From a virus, in the IMG/VR virus record IMGVR_UViG_3300046010_005562: DNA of 64,000 nt; one strand, written 5' to 3'. The translations under genes and the position numbers were made by a program. Below the pieces are notes generated by a model. The model did not search any database and was not told the DNA's origin. It worked only from the letters and a program-made list of their open reading frames with translations. Below are positions 49,358-57,799 of the stretch, in pieces (within the stretch, counting starts at the first letter, position 1; each line of letters opens with the position of its first letter).

Positions 49358-51343
49358 ATGAAAAGTTTTAAAAATTTCATTAAAGAAAGTGAAAAAAATG
49401 AATCATTTAAACAAGATGATAAAGGAAGATGGGTTATTGCACCTAATCTTAATTATGGTAACAAAAAAAGACCATTTAAACAAGATGATAAAGGAAGATG
49501 GGTTATTCCACCTAATCTTAATTATGGTAACAAAAGAGATAAACTAAAAGAATCAATTTTATTTGAAATTTACCATACACCAACAGAAGAAAATGAGTTA
49601 CATTACTCAAACTCAGATAATTATACTCCAATGAATGATGCATTAAATAATTATCACAATGATGCTAGTAGTAATTGGAATAGTGATGATTATTCTAATA
49701 TTAGAAAATATACTGAAGGAAGTTCATCTATAGCTGATATTTTGCATCAGTTCCACAATGGAGAAGCTTCTAAATCTGATATAGATTATAAGAGAGATCA
49801 TATAAATGGGCTTGATAGTGCTCTTAATCGTGCTAAACCAGCACCATTTGACTATCATGTATATCATGGTATTAAATTTAATCCACAAGATTTATTTGAT
49901 AAACAAGATGAAAGTCAAAGATCTTCTTCTGGTAAAATTAGTGCTAGATTACAAGGATCTTCTGATGATAGTGCAGTAATGCATCTTCCTGCATATACTT
50001 CAACATCATTGAATGCTAAAGTAGCAAAAAACTTTTCTGAGCCAGATAGAAATAATGTAAATCATATTTTAAAATTTCGTATTCCAATGGGATCTACTCA
50101 TGGTGCTCATATTGATGAACATTCTGAATATGGAATACACTCCTATACTGATTCTGAATATGAAACATTATTAAAACGTGGAACTAATTTTAAGATGAGT
50201 AAAACTCCAGAAATAATAGGAAATACTCATATTTGGCATTGTGAAATTTTAGGACAAGATCCTAAAGATGTTAATCCTAAAATTTCTAGATATGCTTCTG
50301 AGGAAGAATTACATAATTTAAGTAAATCGGAAGATCCTGAAATTCGTTCTGAAGTAGCTGCACATACAAATACTTCAGGAGATACATTACATAGAATGGC
50401 TATGGATAAAAGTAACAATAAACCTACATTACAAAATATAGCATTAAATTTAAATACAAAAACTCATACATTAAATCATTTATCCGATATTGGTGATGAT
50501 GATATTAATAAAAATATTGTACATCATCCTAATATTGATTCTCATACTTTGAATAAATTAGCTACTCCAAGTTCATCAGCACCACTATTACAAAGAATAT
50601 CCGAACATCCAAAAACAAATTTATCAACATTGAATGATATTTATAATCACTCTTTACATAGATTGGGAGTGGCTTCTTCTTTGGCTACAAATAAAAATTC
50701 TGATGATGAATTGTTACATAAAATAGCTTTAAATACAGGAAAAGCAACTCATGATGCGTTAATTGGTAATAAGAACACCTCTAATAAAACTTTACATCAT
50801 ATATTAGATAATTCGGAAGATTATCCTAGAGATAATTATGATGGTTATAATCCTGGTCTATTAGACCATCAAAATGCAGATTCTTCTTTAATTCATAAAT
50901 TAGTTGATAAAAATAAAAATAGTTCAGATTATACTTACCATGATCATGTCTTGCCTTACTTAGTATCTAGTAAACATGCTGATAATTCTTTATTACATAA
51001 AGTTGCTTCTTTCAAAGATTTACGTCCTTCTACTATGAATAACATAGCTATTCATAACAAGGCAGATGATAATTTAAGAGAAAAAATGTACGAACGCTCT
51101 AAACATTCACCAATGGCGTCTTTTATTCGCGATAATTTTAGATCAAAATTATTATTATCAGATAACACTCATACAAATTTACTTCATAAAATGGTAACTG
51201 ATGATCCTAATTACGCAAAAGAATATTCTTCTTTATTTTTAAAACATAAAAATGCTGATGATGAATTAAAAAATCGTATAAAAGAATTAAATAAACCTAT
51301 TAATCCAACTAAAGATATAAACAAATCTGATTTAAATTTTTAA
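49358..51343 (+). CDS. Alt/VIP2-like ADP-ribosyltransferase with capsid-targeting-like leader and C-terminal helical (LRV/HEAT-like) repeats
   Basis: MKSFKNFIKE leader; KYT, VYHG, YTSTS, EYETLL motifs; repeated H.N.....LH.LA units. Confidence 0.8.
   Translation: MKSFKNFIKESEKNESFKQDDKGRWVIAPNLNYGNKKRPFKQDDKGRWVIPPNLNYGNKRDKLKESILFEIYHTPTEENELHYSNSDNYTPMNDALNNYHNDASSNWNSDDYSNIRKYTEGSSSIADILHQFHNGEASKSDIDYKRDHINGLDSALNRAKPAPFDYHVYHGIKFNPQDLFDKQDESQRSSSGKISARLQGSSDDSAVMHLPAYTSTSLNAKVAKNFSEPDRNNVNHILKFRIPMGSTHGAHIDEHSEYGIHSYTDSEYETLLKRGTNFKMSKTPEIIGNTHIWHCEILGQDPKDVNPKISRYASEEELHNLSKSEDPEIRSEVAAHTNTSGDTLHRMAMDKSNNKPTLQNIALNLNTKTHTLNHLSDIGDDDINKNIVHHPNIDSHTLNKLATPSSSAPLLQRISEHPKTNLSTLNDIYNHSLHRLGVASSLATNKNSDDELLHKIALNTGKATHDALIGNKNTSNKTLHHILDNSEDYPRDNYDGYNPGLLDHQNADSSLIHKLVDKNKNSSDYTYHDHVLPYLVSSKHADNSLLHKVASFKDLRPSTMNNIAIHNKADDNLREKMYERSKHSPMASFIRDNFRSKLLLSDNTHTNLLHKMVTDDPNYAKEYSSLFLKHKNADDELKNRIKELNKPINPTKDINKSDLNF
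49404..49535 (+). repeat. Two 63 bp direct repeats, 69 bp period, one mismatch
   Basis: Encodes FKQDDKGRWVI(A/P)PNLNYGNK twice. Confidence 0.95.
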
Positions 51344-51383
51344 CCTTATTAAATAAACCTAATTTAAACTTTTATTAGATAAT

Positions 51384-51411
51384 AAAAAAGGGGGCTTTCG
51401 CCCCCTTATTT
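51384..51411. terminator. Bidirectional terminator between convergent genes
   Basis: AAGGGGGC-TTTC-GCCCCCTT with flanking A/T runs. Confidence 0.85.
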
Positions 51412-52232
51412 TATACTTTTTTAGCTTTCCATCCTTTATGAGTTCCCCTAGAAAGATTTCCTTGATCTAAATCATTCTCACTACAAAATTTTCTTAAATT
51501 TTCTATCTCTATAACTTTTCCTTCTGGAGATGTTACAATCCATTTCTTAGATAAAGCTTTAGCAACAGAGTATTTTTGAGATTGAGGTTGTTTAAATCCT
51601 GTTTTACCTTTATTCCAAGGTTCATTTCCCAATCCTTTTCCTTTTCTATTCTCAGACATTTTTAATAAAGTTTCTTCAGAGTATACATTATCTTTTCCTT
51701 TATTCCAAGGTTCTTTTCCTTTATTTACTCCCTTAATCTTTTCAGATATTATTTTTTTGTTTTCTTCTGAATGTTTAAACGATACTCCATATCTTGGGTT
51801 GTTTTCTCCAGTATACTTCTTAGATAATTCTTCTTTCCAGCTAATTCCATCTGGAGTTTCAAAATATTGTTTTCTGGATTTTGATATATTTTGTTTATGT
51901 TCTTCTGTTAGGAATTCTAATCTTACTCCACTACCACCTTTAGAAATATTATATCCTATATTAGTGGAATCATATTCAGAAATATAAAAAATCTCTGTTT
52001 CATCAACTTTACACTTTTCTATCTCACATATCAATTCATATCTCCATTTTGATGGAGGATATTTATTAAAAGCTTCATATAATTTTCTACAAGTATTGTT
52101 TTTTGATTTGGATTTATTATATCTATTCCATGCTTTAATATGTTGATCCCATCTTTTTTCTAAAGTATTTTTAGTTTGTCCTATGTATACTTTATTAGAT
52201 GGTGAAATTAATTTGTATATTATATGGTTCAT
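51411..52232 (-). CDS. GIY-YIG (Seg-like) homing endonuclease with NUMOD3-type repeats
   Basis: IIYKL...VYIGQT, E..YI, GYNISKGG, HSEE.K.KIS, PWNKG twice; start chosen after AGGAG. Confidence 0.92.
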   Translation of the reverse strand: MNHIIYKLISPSNKVYIGQTKNTLEKRWDQHIKAWNRYNKSKSKNNTCRKLYEAFNKYPPSKWRYELICEIEKCKVDETEIFYISEYDSTNIGYNISKGGSGVRLEFLTEEHKQNISKSRKQYFETPDGISWKEELSKKYTGENNPRYGVSFKHSEENKKIISEKIKGVNKGKEPWNKGKDNVYSEETLLKMSENRKGKGLGNEPWNKGKTGFKQPQSQKYSVAKALSKKWIVTSPEGKVIEIENLRKFCSENDLDQGNLSRGTHKGWKAKKV

Positions 52233-52260
52233 AATTAAAACTCCTATGTGCAACTATATG

Positions 52261-52268
52261 TATTTATA
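52261..52268 (-). promoter_or_regulatory. Late promoter for the GIY-YIG gene
   Basis: TATAAATA directly after the gene 23 terminator. Confidence 0.75.
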
Positions 52269-52270
52269 TA

Positions 52271-52299
52271 AAAAGAAAAGGGTCCGAAGACCCTTTTCT
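52271..52299 (-). terminator. Gene 23 terminator with a cUUCGg tetraloop
   Basis: AGAAAAGGGTC-TTCG-GACCCTTTTCT plus T run. Confidence 0.9.
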
Positions 52300-52338
52300 A
52301 ATTTTCTATTGAAAAACTTCAATAAAATCAAGAACTTA

Positions 52339-53628
52339 TCACATGAGATTTTTTACTGTGAAAATTCTGTAGTAAACGTTGCTACGAGGATTAAGAGCAC
52401 CACCACCCTGAGTAAGACCTTCAGCAAATGGGTTTGCTACCATTCCGTAACGAGTCTTGAAGCCGATCTTAGGTTGGAAAGTACCAGGATCAACTGCACG
52501 AACCATTTGTAGAGGAACGTATGGGCAATAGAATAGACCAGCATCATAAGGAGAAGTACCCTTATAACCAACGGTAACAAGTTCGGTATTAGAAGCCATA
52601 CCACCGAAGTAAGGATCGATGTAAACTTTAATACGACCATGTAGCATACCACAGAAGGTATTACCAGTATCGTCTACTTGAAGATCTGCTGAAAGAGCAG
52701 GAGTGTAAGTTAATACACCAGCCATTGCAAGAGCAGAAGCAACGTCAGAAGAAACGATAAGGATATTACCTTTCCCTCTACGAGTATTCTTTGCAATAGC
52801 ATTGGCTTCACGTTCGATATGATAGATAAGACCTTTGAATCTTTCTACTGACCAACGACCGTTAGAATCGGTATCTAGGTCAAATACACCAGGAGTTACT
52901 GTACCCCATTGAGCACCAGCCTGAGCAACGGTGTAAATGGTACGGATAACTTCACGGTTAATTTCAGAAAGAATTTCTGTAGAAAGAATATTGCTAAGTT
53001 CAGTTTCTGCATCAAGACCATGAATCGCTTTTAAGTCTTGTGCTAGTTCTAGTGAATACTCAGCTTTAAGAGCACGAGTGTTCGCAGTAACAGTAACTTT
53101 ATCAATGGTTAATCCCATTTGTTGGAATGTTCCAGTGTCTAGTTGTTCGCCAGCAGAAGTTGTTAGACCTTTACCAGTTGTGAACAATCCAGAGTTAGCA
53201 ACATTAGAAACTGGATTATTAGAAGTATCAGTAGATACTGAAGTTCCAACGATACCAGAGAAAATGGTATTAGCTTCATTGTAGAATGCTTCTGCGTTTG
53301 CTCCCTGTCCATTGTAACGTGAACGTAGTGCGAAGATAAGTCCAGTAGGACCAGTCATTGGCTGAACGCCAGCAACATCATACGCAATTAGGTTAGGAAG
53401 TGAACGTCTTACCAAACTAATTAAGATTGGATCGAAGTTAGAAATACCACCAGCTACGTTAGTAGGAGCAGTTTCGTTAAGTGCCATACGATCAGCATCC
53501 ATTGCTCTTTGCTGATTTTCAAGAACCATAGCGGTTACTGCTTTCTTATACGGATCTTTAATAGCTTCCAATTCTGGATGATCCAAAATTGGAGACCATT
53601 TGTTCATTACTTGTTCTTCTAAGTACAT
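52339..53628 (-). CDS. 23: Major capsid protein (gp23)
   Basis: GVQPMTGPTGLIFA, RALKAEYSLELAQDLKAIHGLDAE, YCPYVPL, FKTRYG. Confidence 0.99.
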   Translation of the reverse strand: MYLEEQVMNKWSPILDHPELEAIKDPYKKAVTAMVLENQQRAMDADRMALNETAPTNVAGGISNFDPILISLVRRSLPNLIAYDVAGVQPMTGPTGLIFALRSRYNGQGANAEAFYNEANTIFSGIVGTSVSTDTSNNPVSNVANSGLFTTGKGLTTSAGEQLDTGTFQQMGLTIDKVTVTANTRALKAEYSLELAQDLKAIHGLDAETELSNILSTEILSEINREVIRTIYTVAQAGAQWGTVTPGVFDLDTDSNGRWSVERFKGLIYHIEREANAIAKNTRRGKGNILIVSSDVASALAMAGVLTYTPALSADLQVDDTGNTFCGMLHGRIKVYIDPYFGGMASNTELVTVGYKGTSPYDAGLFYCPYVPLQMVRAVDPGTFQPKIGFKTRYGMVANPFAEGLTQGGGALNPRSNVYYRIFTVKNLM

Positions 53629-53658
53629 TTTAGGATTCTCCTTGATTTTAATATTATT

Positions 53659-55146
53659 TTATTTTGAAATTGTTTTTGTAATAGATCTAGCTACCTGCTC
53701 AATGAAAGGATCAACATACTTAGTTGAAACACTTTCTTCAGATAAGTTTACTGGCTCTTCAAAAGCTTCTAAACTAGCTGGACGAATATTACTTGGATAA
53801 TAACTTTCCTTTAGGGTTTCTAAAGATTCGGTGAATTCTTCCTCTGTGGTGAATTCTACATTCTTAGCAAGAGATTTAATTTTCTCAACTTGAGAAAGAG
53901 TTAAACCTTCACATACTGTATGAATTACTTCATTCTTTTTGTGTTCTGATATTTTCTTCTTTAAAGAAATATTCTTCTCAATTTGTGAATTAACTTGTTC
54001 TTCTAGTTCATCAACTTTAGTAACTAGTTCATCCACAAGATTAACTTTCTCATCAGGAATATCAATATAATGTTCAACAAAAACTCCTTTTAGAGCATTG
54101 ATGAAATCTTCAGCAATTTCGGTTCTTAAACCTTTTTCGATTGCTAATTTGTTTTCTTCCATCCAGTTTTCTACAACGTAGTCTAGATAGGAATCTAATT
54201 TATCTGCAAAATCTTCCTTAACAGATTCAACAGCTTCTTCAAATTCTCTTAAATAAGATTCTTGTAATTCAGAAGAGATTTCTTCTACTCTTGCTTCAAC
54301 AGCAGTTTCGAAAATAGCAGATGCTTTAACTTTGAAATCTTCAGAAAGAGATTCACCAGAGAATAGTGCATCTAAATCTTCTTTGTTCATAAGCTTGTTG
54401 GTAGCTTTTTCAATTCCTTGGACTCTTTTTCCTGCTTTAGTAGCAAATTTTGATTCTTGACTATTTGGATCTTGTCCATGATACATCGCTCTATGCATAC
54501 CAGAACGTTTAGCCTTATCGAAAGTGTCTAAAGATGCCTTTTTAATATAAGAACCTAAAGTAGACTTAGAAACTTCATCAAGATCTTCTACTTCTTCAGA
54601 AATCTGAGTAGCAGCATCTTCTTTAGAAAGACCATACTTATCTTCAAATTCTTCTTCAGAAAGTTCATCAAGATCTTCCATAACTTCTTCTACTGAAGCT
54701 TCTTCTAATTCATCTTCATCTTCGTATTCTTCTTCTTCCTCACCTTCTACACAACATTCTGCCCCTTTATTAGCAGTCATAGTGCTTTTTGCTTTCTTAG
54801 CAGCAACACGATTTGCAATTGCATCTACAGATTGTTCATCTTCTTGATCAGTTTCAGAAGCATTTTTCAAATCAGCACGACCAGCATTATCTCCTGGTTG
54901 AGTTGCTAATTTCTTCATTGCTTCTGCTCCAACTGGAGGTTTAGCTCCTGGAGGTGTAGCGGTTGGTACGCCTTTAGTATAAGAAGGATTTTCATCATTA
55001 GTTTTGGTAGGACCACTTCCTACTTCAACACTACCCTGCTCATCGGCAGATAATTTTTTTCCTAGACCAAAAGACTCCCCACCAGCAGACTTAACGCTTT
55101 TGGTAAGAATTTCTTTTGCAGCTTCAGACAAATTTAACTTTGACAT
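53659..55146 (-). CDS. 22: Prohead core scaffold (gp22) with an extra internal segment
   Basis: LSEDFK.KA..IFE.AV, YLDYVVE.W, F.EHYIDIPDEK; synteny. Confidence 0.92.
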   Translation of the reverse strand: MSKLNLSEAAKEILTKSVKSAGGESFGLGKKLSADEQGSVEVGSGPTKTNDENPSYTKGVPTATPPGAKPPVGAEAMKKLATQPGDNAGRADLKNASETDQEDEQSVDAIANRVAAKKAKSTMTANKGAECCVEGEEEEEYEDEDELEEASVEEVMEDLDELSEEEFEDKYGLSKEDAATQISEEVEDLDEVSKSTLGSYIKKASLDTFDKAKRSGMHRAMYHGQDPNSQESKFATKAGKRVQGIEKATNKLMNKEDLDALFSGESLSEDFKVKASAIFETAVEARVEEISSELQESYLREFEEAVESVKEDFADKLDSYLDYVVENWMEENKLAIEKGLRTEIAEDFINALKGVFVEHYIDIPDEKVNLVDELVTKVDELEEQVNSQIEKNISLKKKISEHKKNEVIHTVCEGLTLSQVEKIKSLAKNVEFTTEEEFTESLETLKESYYPSNIRPASLEAFEEPVNLSEESVSTKYVDPFIEQVARSITKTISK

Positions 55147-55177
55147 TATTTTCTCCTAATTAATATTTTTATATAGT

Positions 55178-55185
55178 TATTTATA
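55178..55185 (-). promoter_or_regulatory. Late promoter upstream of gene 22
   Basis: TATAAATA. Confidence 0.75.
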
Positions 55186-55209
55186 AAAAACAAATTTTTA
55201 AATGTATTT

Positions 55210-55860
55210 TTATAGTCTTTTGATATAATTTTCGAAAATGGTCAGAGCCACTTTCTCAATATCTTTTTGTGAAGTTTTCTTAATGATATCTCTTGCTTGT
55301 TCTCTATATTGTTGAACCCATCCCTGACCATCAACAAAAACCCAATCAACATCTTCATATATACCTTCAACATAACATGATATTCCGCTAGGAGATAATA
55401 CTGCATCCACACAGGAAATCACAAAATCGTCTTGAACTATTTTAATACCATTTTCTCCTTCCTTGAGAGATCCTAATGCTCTTGAAGAACATCCAAAAGA
55501 AACTCCTCCTGATATTAACGCTTGAAGCTCTTTTCCAGATGCGGTATCTAGTACTTTAGCTTTGCCCAAAACGTCATTTCCATTAAATTTTAATTCTGTA
55601 ATTAAATGGGAAATTTTATTTTCTGAAATTTTAGGGGAATCTTCATGCCCTAAAGTTCCAACTGCTCTATTTCTATTCACTAATTCTTCTATATACTTTT
55701 TGACTGCTTTTTCCATAACAGGCATTGGATATAATCTTCCATTTCGATTTGCAGTTTCAGCTTGCATAAACGGACCACAAATATAATAACATTGTTGTCC
55801 TGTTTTAGTAGCTTCTGTTAGGATTTCAAAATCCTCTATATCTTCTCTTAACAGTTTCAT
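55210..55860 (-). CDS. 21: Prohead protease (gp21)
   Basis: NRNGRLYP, LGH, SH, SSRALGSL, D.V..PS. Confidence 0.95.
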   Translation of the reverse strand: MKLLREDIEDFEILTEATKTGQQCYYICGPFMQAETANRNGRLYPMPVMEKAVKKYIEELVNRNRAVGTLGHEDSPKISENKISHLITELKFNGNDVLGKAKVLDTASGKELQALISGGVSFGCSSRALGSLKEGENGIKIVQDDFVISCVDAVLSPSGISCYVEGIYEDVDWVFVDGQGWVQQYREQARDIIKKTSQKDIEKVALTIFENYIKRL

Positions 55861-55892
55861 TTTACTTTACCTTAGTTTTTATAAAAATCTTT

Positions 55893-56165
55893 TTATTCTT
55901 CTGGAAGTTCAAAATTATAAGTGTTTTTAGCAATATCTACTTTTAATGCTTGAAGTTCTGCAGTAATTTTTTGGTGCAGAGTTTTTGCGATCTCTGCTCC
56001 CATTTCATTAACCTTATTATCAGATGCATACCCAATAGCGTTTTTTAAATTATCATTCATATAAAATTCCTTTAATTTTTTCTTTTTATTTGGCTTTTCT
56101 TGTGGTTGTATAGCCAAATGTTTAATAATAAAATTCTGTTGATCTTTTGATTCCCAATCTTCCAT
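55893..56165 (-). CDS. Small prohead core-like protein (alternative start at 56060)
   Basis: Located between 20 and 21; C-half resembles the N-terminus of 57054-57785. Confidence 0.55.
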   Translation of the reverse strand: MEDWESKDQQNFIIKHLAIQPQEKPNKKKKLKEFYMNDNLKNAIGYASDNKVNEMGAEIAKTLHQKITAELQALKVDIAKNTYNFELPEE

Positions 56166-56674
56166 TATGGAGTAACTCCATATCTCCCATAGTTGAATGC
56201 AGATGGTTCAATTAATTGTCCAGAATCATAGTAATTATTATCTTTATGGAGTTCAATTATAATAGAATATGATGCATTAGCTGCTGCATTATAAGAAGTT
56301 ATCCCTATATTTCCATTTACATTAGCTCCAGAAATAGGATTGCTAATAGCAAGCCAATTACCTGCTGAATTATATTCTCCTCGACCACTCATAGTTATAA
56401 TTGGATATGTATTATCACCACTCCAACTTAAAGTTAAATGTCCATTAGGAATGCTAACATCATACCATACTCTATATACAGATAATCCATAATAAGGTTT
56501 AGCTGTATTTCCAGAAATTAATAAATTATTATTTGCATCTAACGGTCTATATAAAGTATTAGCCGCAATTCTTGCAACATTTGATTCATTAGTGGTATTT
56601 GTAAATTCACCTGTTAATTTAATAACAGTTTGTTTTGTAGAATCTTTTATTATTTGATATGTATATGTTGACAT
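56165..56674 (-). CDS. Putative virion protein, Asn-rich
   Basis: In the head gene cluster; YSIIIELHK motif. Confidence 0.6.
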   Translation of the reverse strand: MSTYTYQIIKDSTKQTVIKLTGEFTNTTNESNVARIAANTLYRPLDANNNLLISGNTAKPYYGLSVYRVWYDVSIPNGHLTLSWSGDNTYPIITMSGRGEYNSAGNWLAISNPISGANVNGNIGITSYNAAANASYSIIIELHKDNNYYDSGQLIEPSAFNYGRYGVTP

Positions 56675-56676
56675 AT

Positions 56677-57054
56677 TTATTCCTTATTATTAACAGCAAT
56701 CTCTAAAACTTCAAGAAAATTATCTGAACTTTCTAAAATATACTGTTCTAGTATTTCTTTTTCTTCAATATTTATGTTATTTAAATATTCTAATACTAAA
56801 TTAGAACATTCTTTATTGATATTTAATTTAGTATCATCGTTAAATGATATTTCAGTAACATCTTCATCAAAATTCTCCAACATACTTAGAAAATCTTCTG
56901 ATTGTAGTTGTTGTTTATCATCCAATGTTACTGTGAAATATTTTTTAAGTTTATCTGCATAATATAAAGCAACTTTAGGTCCATTTGAAAATTGCGAAAT
57001 GGATTTTCTTTGAAGAATTAAAGTACCTGGAAAATCTCTCACTCTAGATTTCAT
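56677..57054 (-). CDS. Hypothetical head-cluster protein
   Basis: LILQRK.I..F.NG.KVALY. Confidence 0.6.
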   Translation of the reverse strand: MKSRVRDFPGTLILQRKSISQFSNGPKVALYYADKLKKYFTVTLDDKQQLQSEDFLSMLENFDEDVTEISFNDDTKLNINKECSNLVLEYLNNINIEEKEILEQYILESSDNFLEVLEIAVNNKE

Positions 57055-57785
57055 TATTGACTCCAACCAAATATACGAGCAATAACATGTTTTGGATGAC
57101 CATATTGTTTTTTAAATTCTCCAGATGGTAGTTGATAATAATGCTTTTTTAATGTCATTATAGAAAGAGCCTCATTAATCTCTTCATCTTCTTTCATTGC
57201 TTTCTTTCTTATAGTAGCAAAATAGATAGATTTTCCTTTTTCAGGACCATATTGGTCAATCATCTTCTGTTTCATATCAGAAGAATCGTATTTAAGTTTT
57301 AACTTCTTTTCTTTTGATTTTTCTGAAGAAGTCATTTTCATTTCGGATAAAGATTCTTCTAATTTTGAAAATTTAGAATTCTTTGAAGATTCTGGATTTG
57401 TGTGATACCATTTCTTTTTAGTCCCATCAAATTTCATACCTTCAGCTTTGGCTTCTTCTTTTTGTTTAAAAGGTACATTATGATATATTTTTGGCATTGG
57501 TGGAGCTTCATATGGGTTATTTTGTCCATACTTAGGTTTACGCAATCTTGGATTTTCTACACCCCAACCTTCATCATCAAAATCTACATCTCTATTATAT
57601 CTAGATTCAACAAGTTTTACTTCATGTGCTTCAGATTCTCCCATGAAGTCTTCAGCAACTTTTTTCTTCTTTTCGGCTATTTTATCTTTAATTTTATTTT
57701 TCATAACATCAGAAATATCACAAGACATTTCTGAAATTTTATTTTGTAAAGCAAAATTAATTGCTGATGTTAACTTTTCTTTCAT
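57054..57785 (-). CDS. Prohead core protein (gp67-like) with additional modules
   Basis: Directly after the portal gene; VPFKQKEEAK...FD..KKKWY module; QYG.EKGK.IYFAT..K.A repeat. Confidence 0.6.
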   Translation of the reverse strand: MKEKLTSAINFALQNKISEMSCDISDVMKNKIKDKIAEKKKKVAEDFMGESEAHEVKLVESRYNRDVDFDDEGWGVENPRLRKPKYGQNNPYEAPPMPKIYHNVPFKQKEEAKAEGMKFDGTKKKWYHTNPESSKNSKFSKLEESLSEMKMTSSEKSKEKKLKLKYDSSDMKQKMIDQYGPEKGKSIYFATIRKKAMKEDEEINEALSIMTLKKHYYQLPSGEFKKQYGHPKHVIARIFGWSQ

Positions 57786-57799
57786 GAGTTCCTCTTAAA

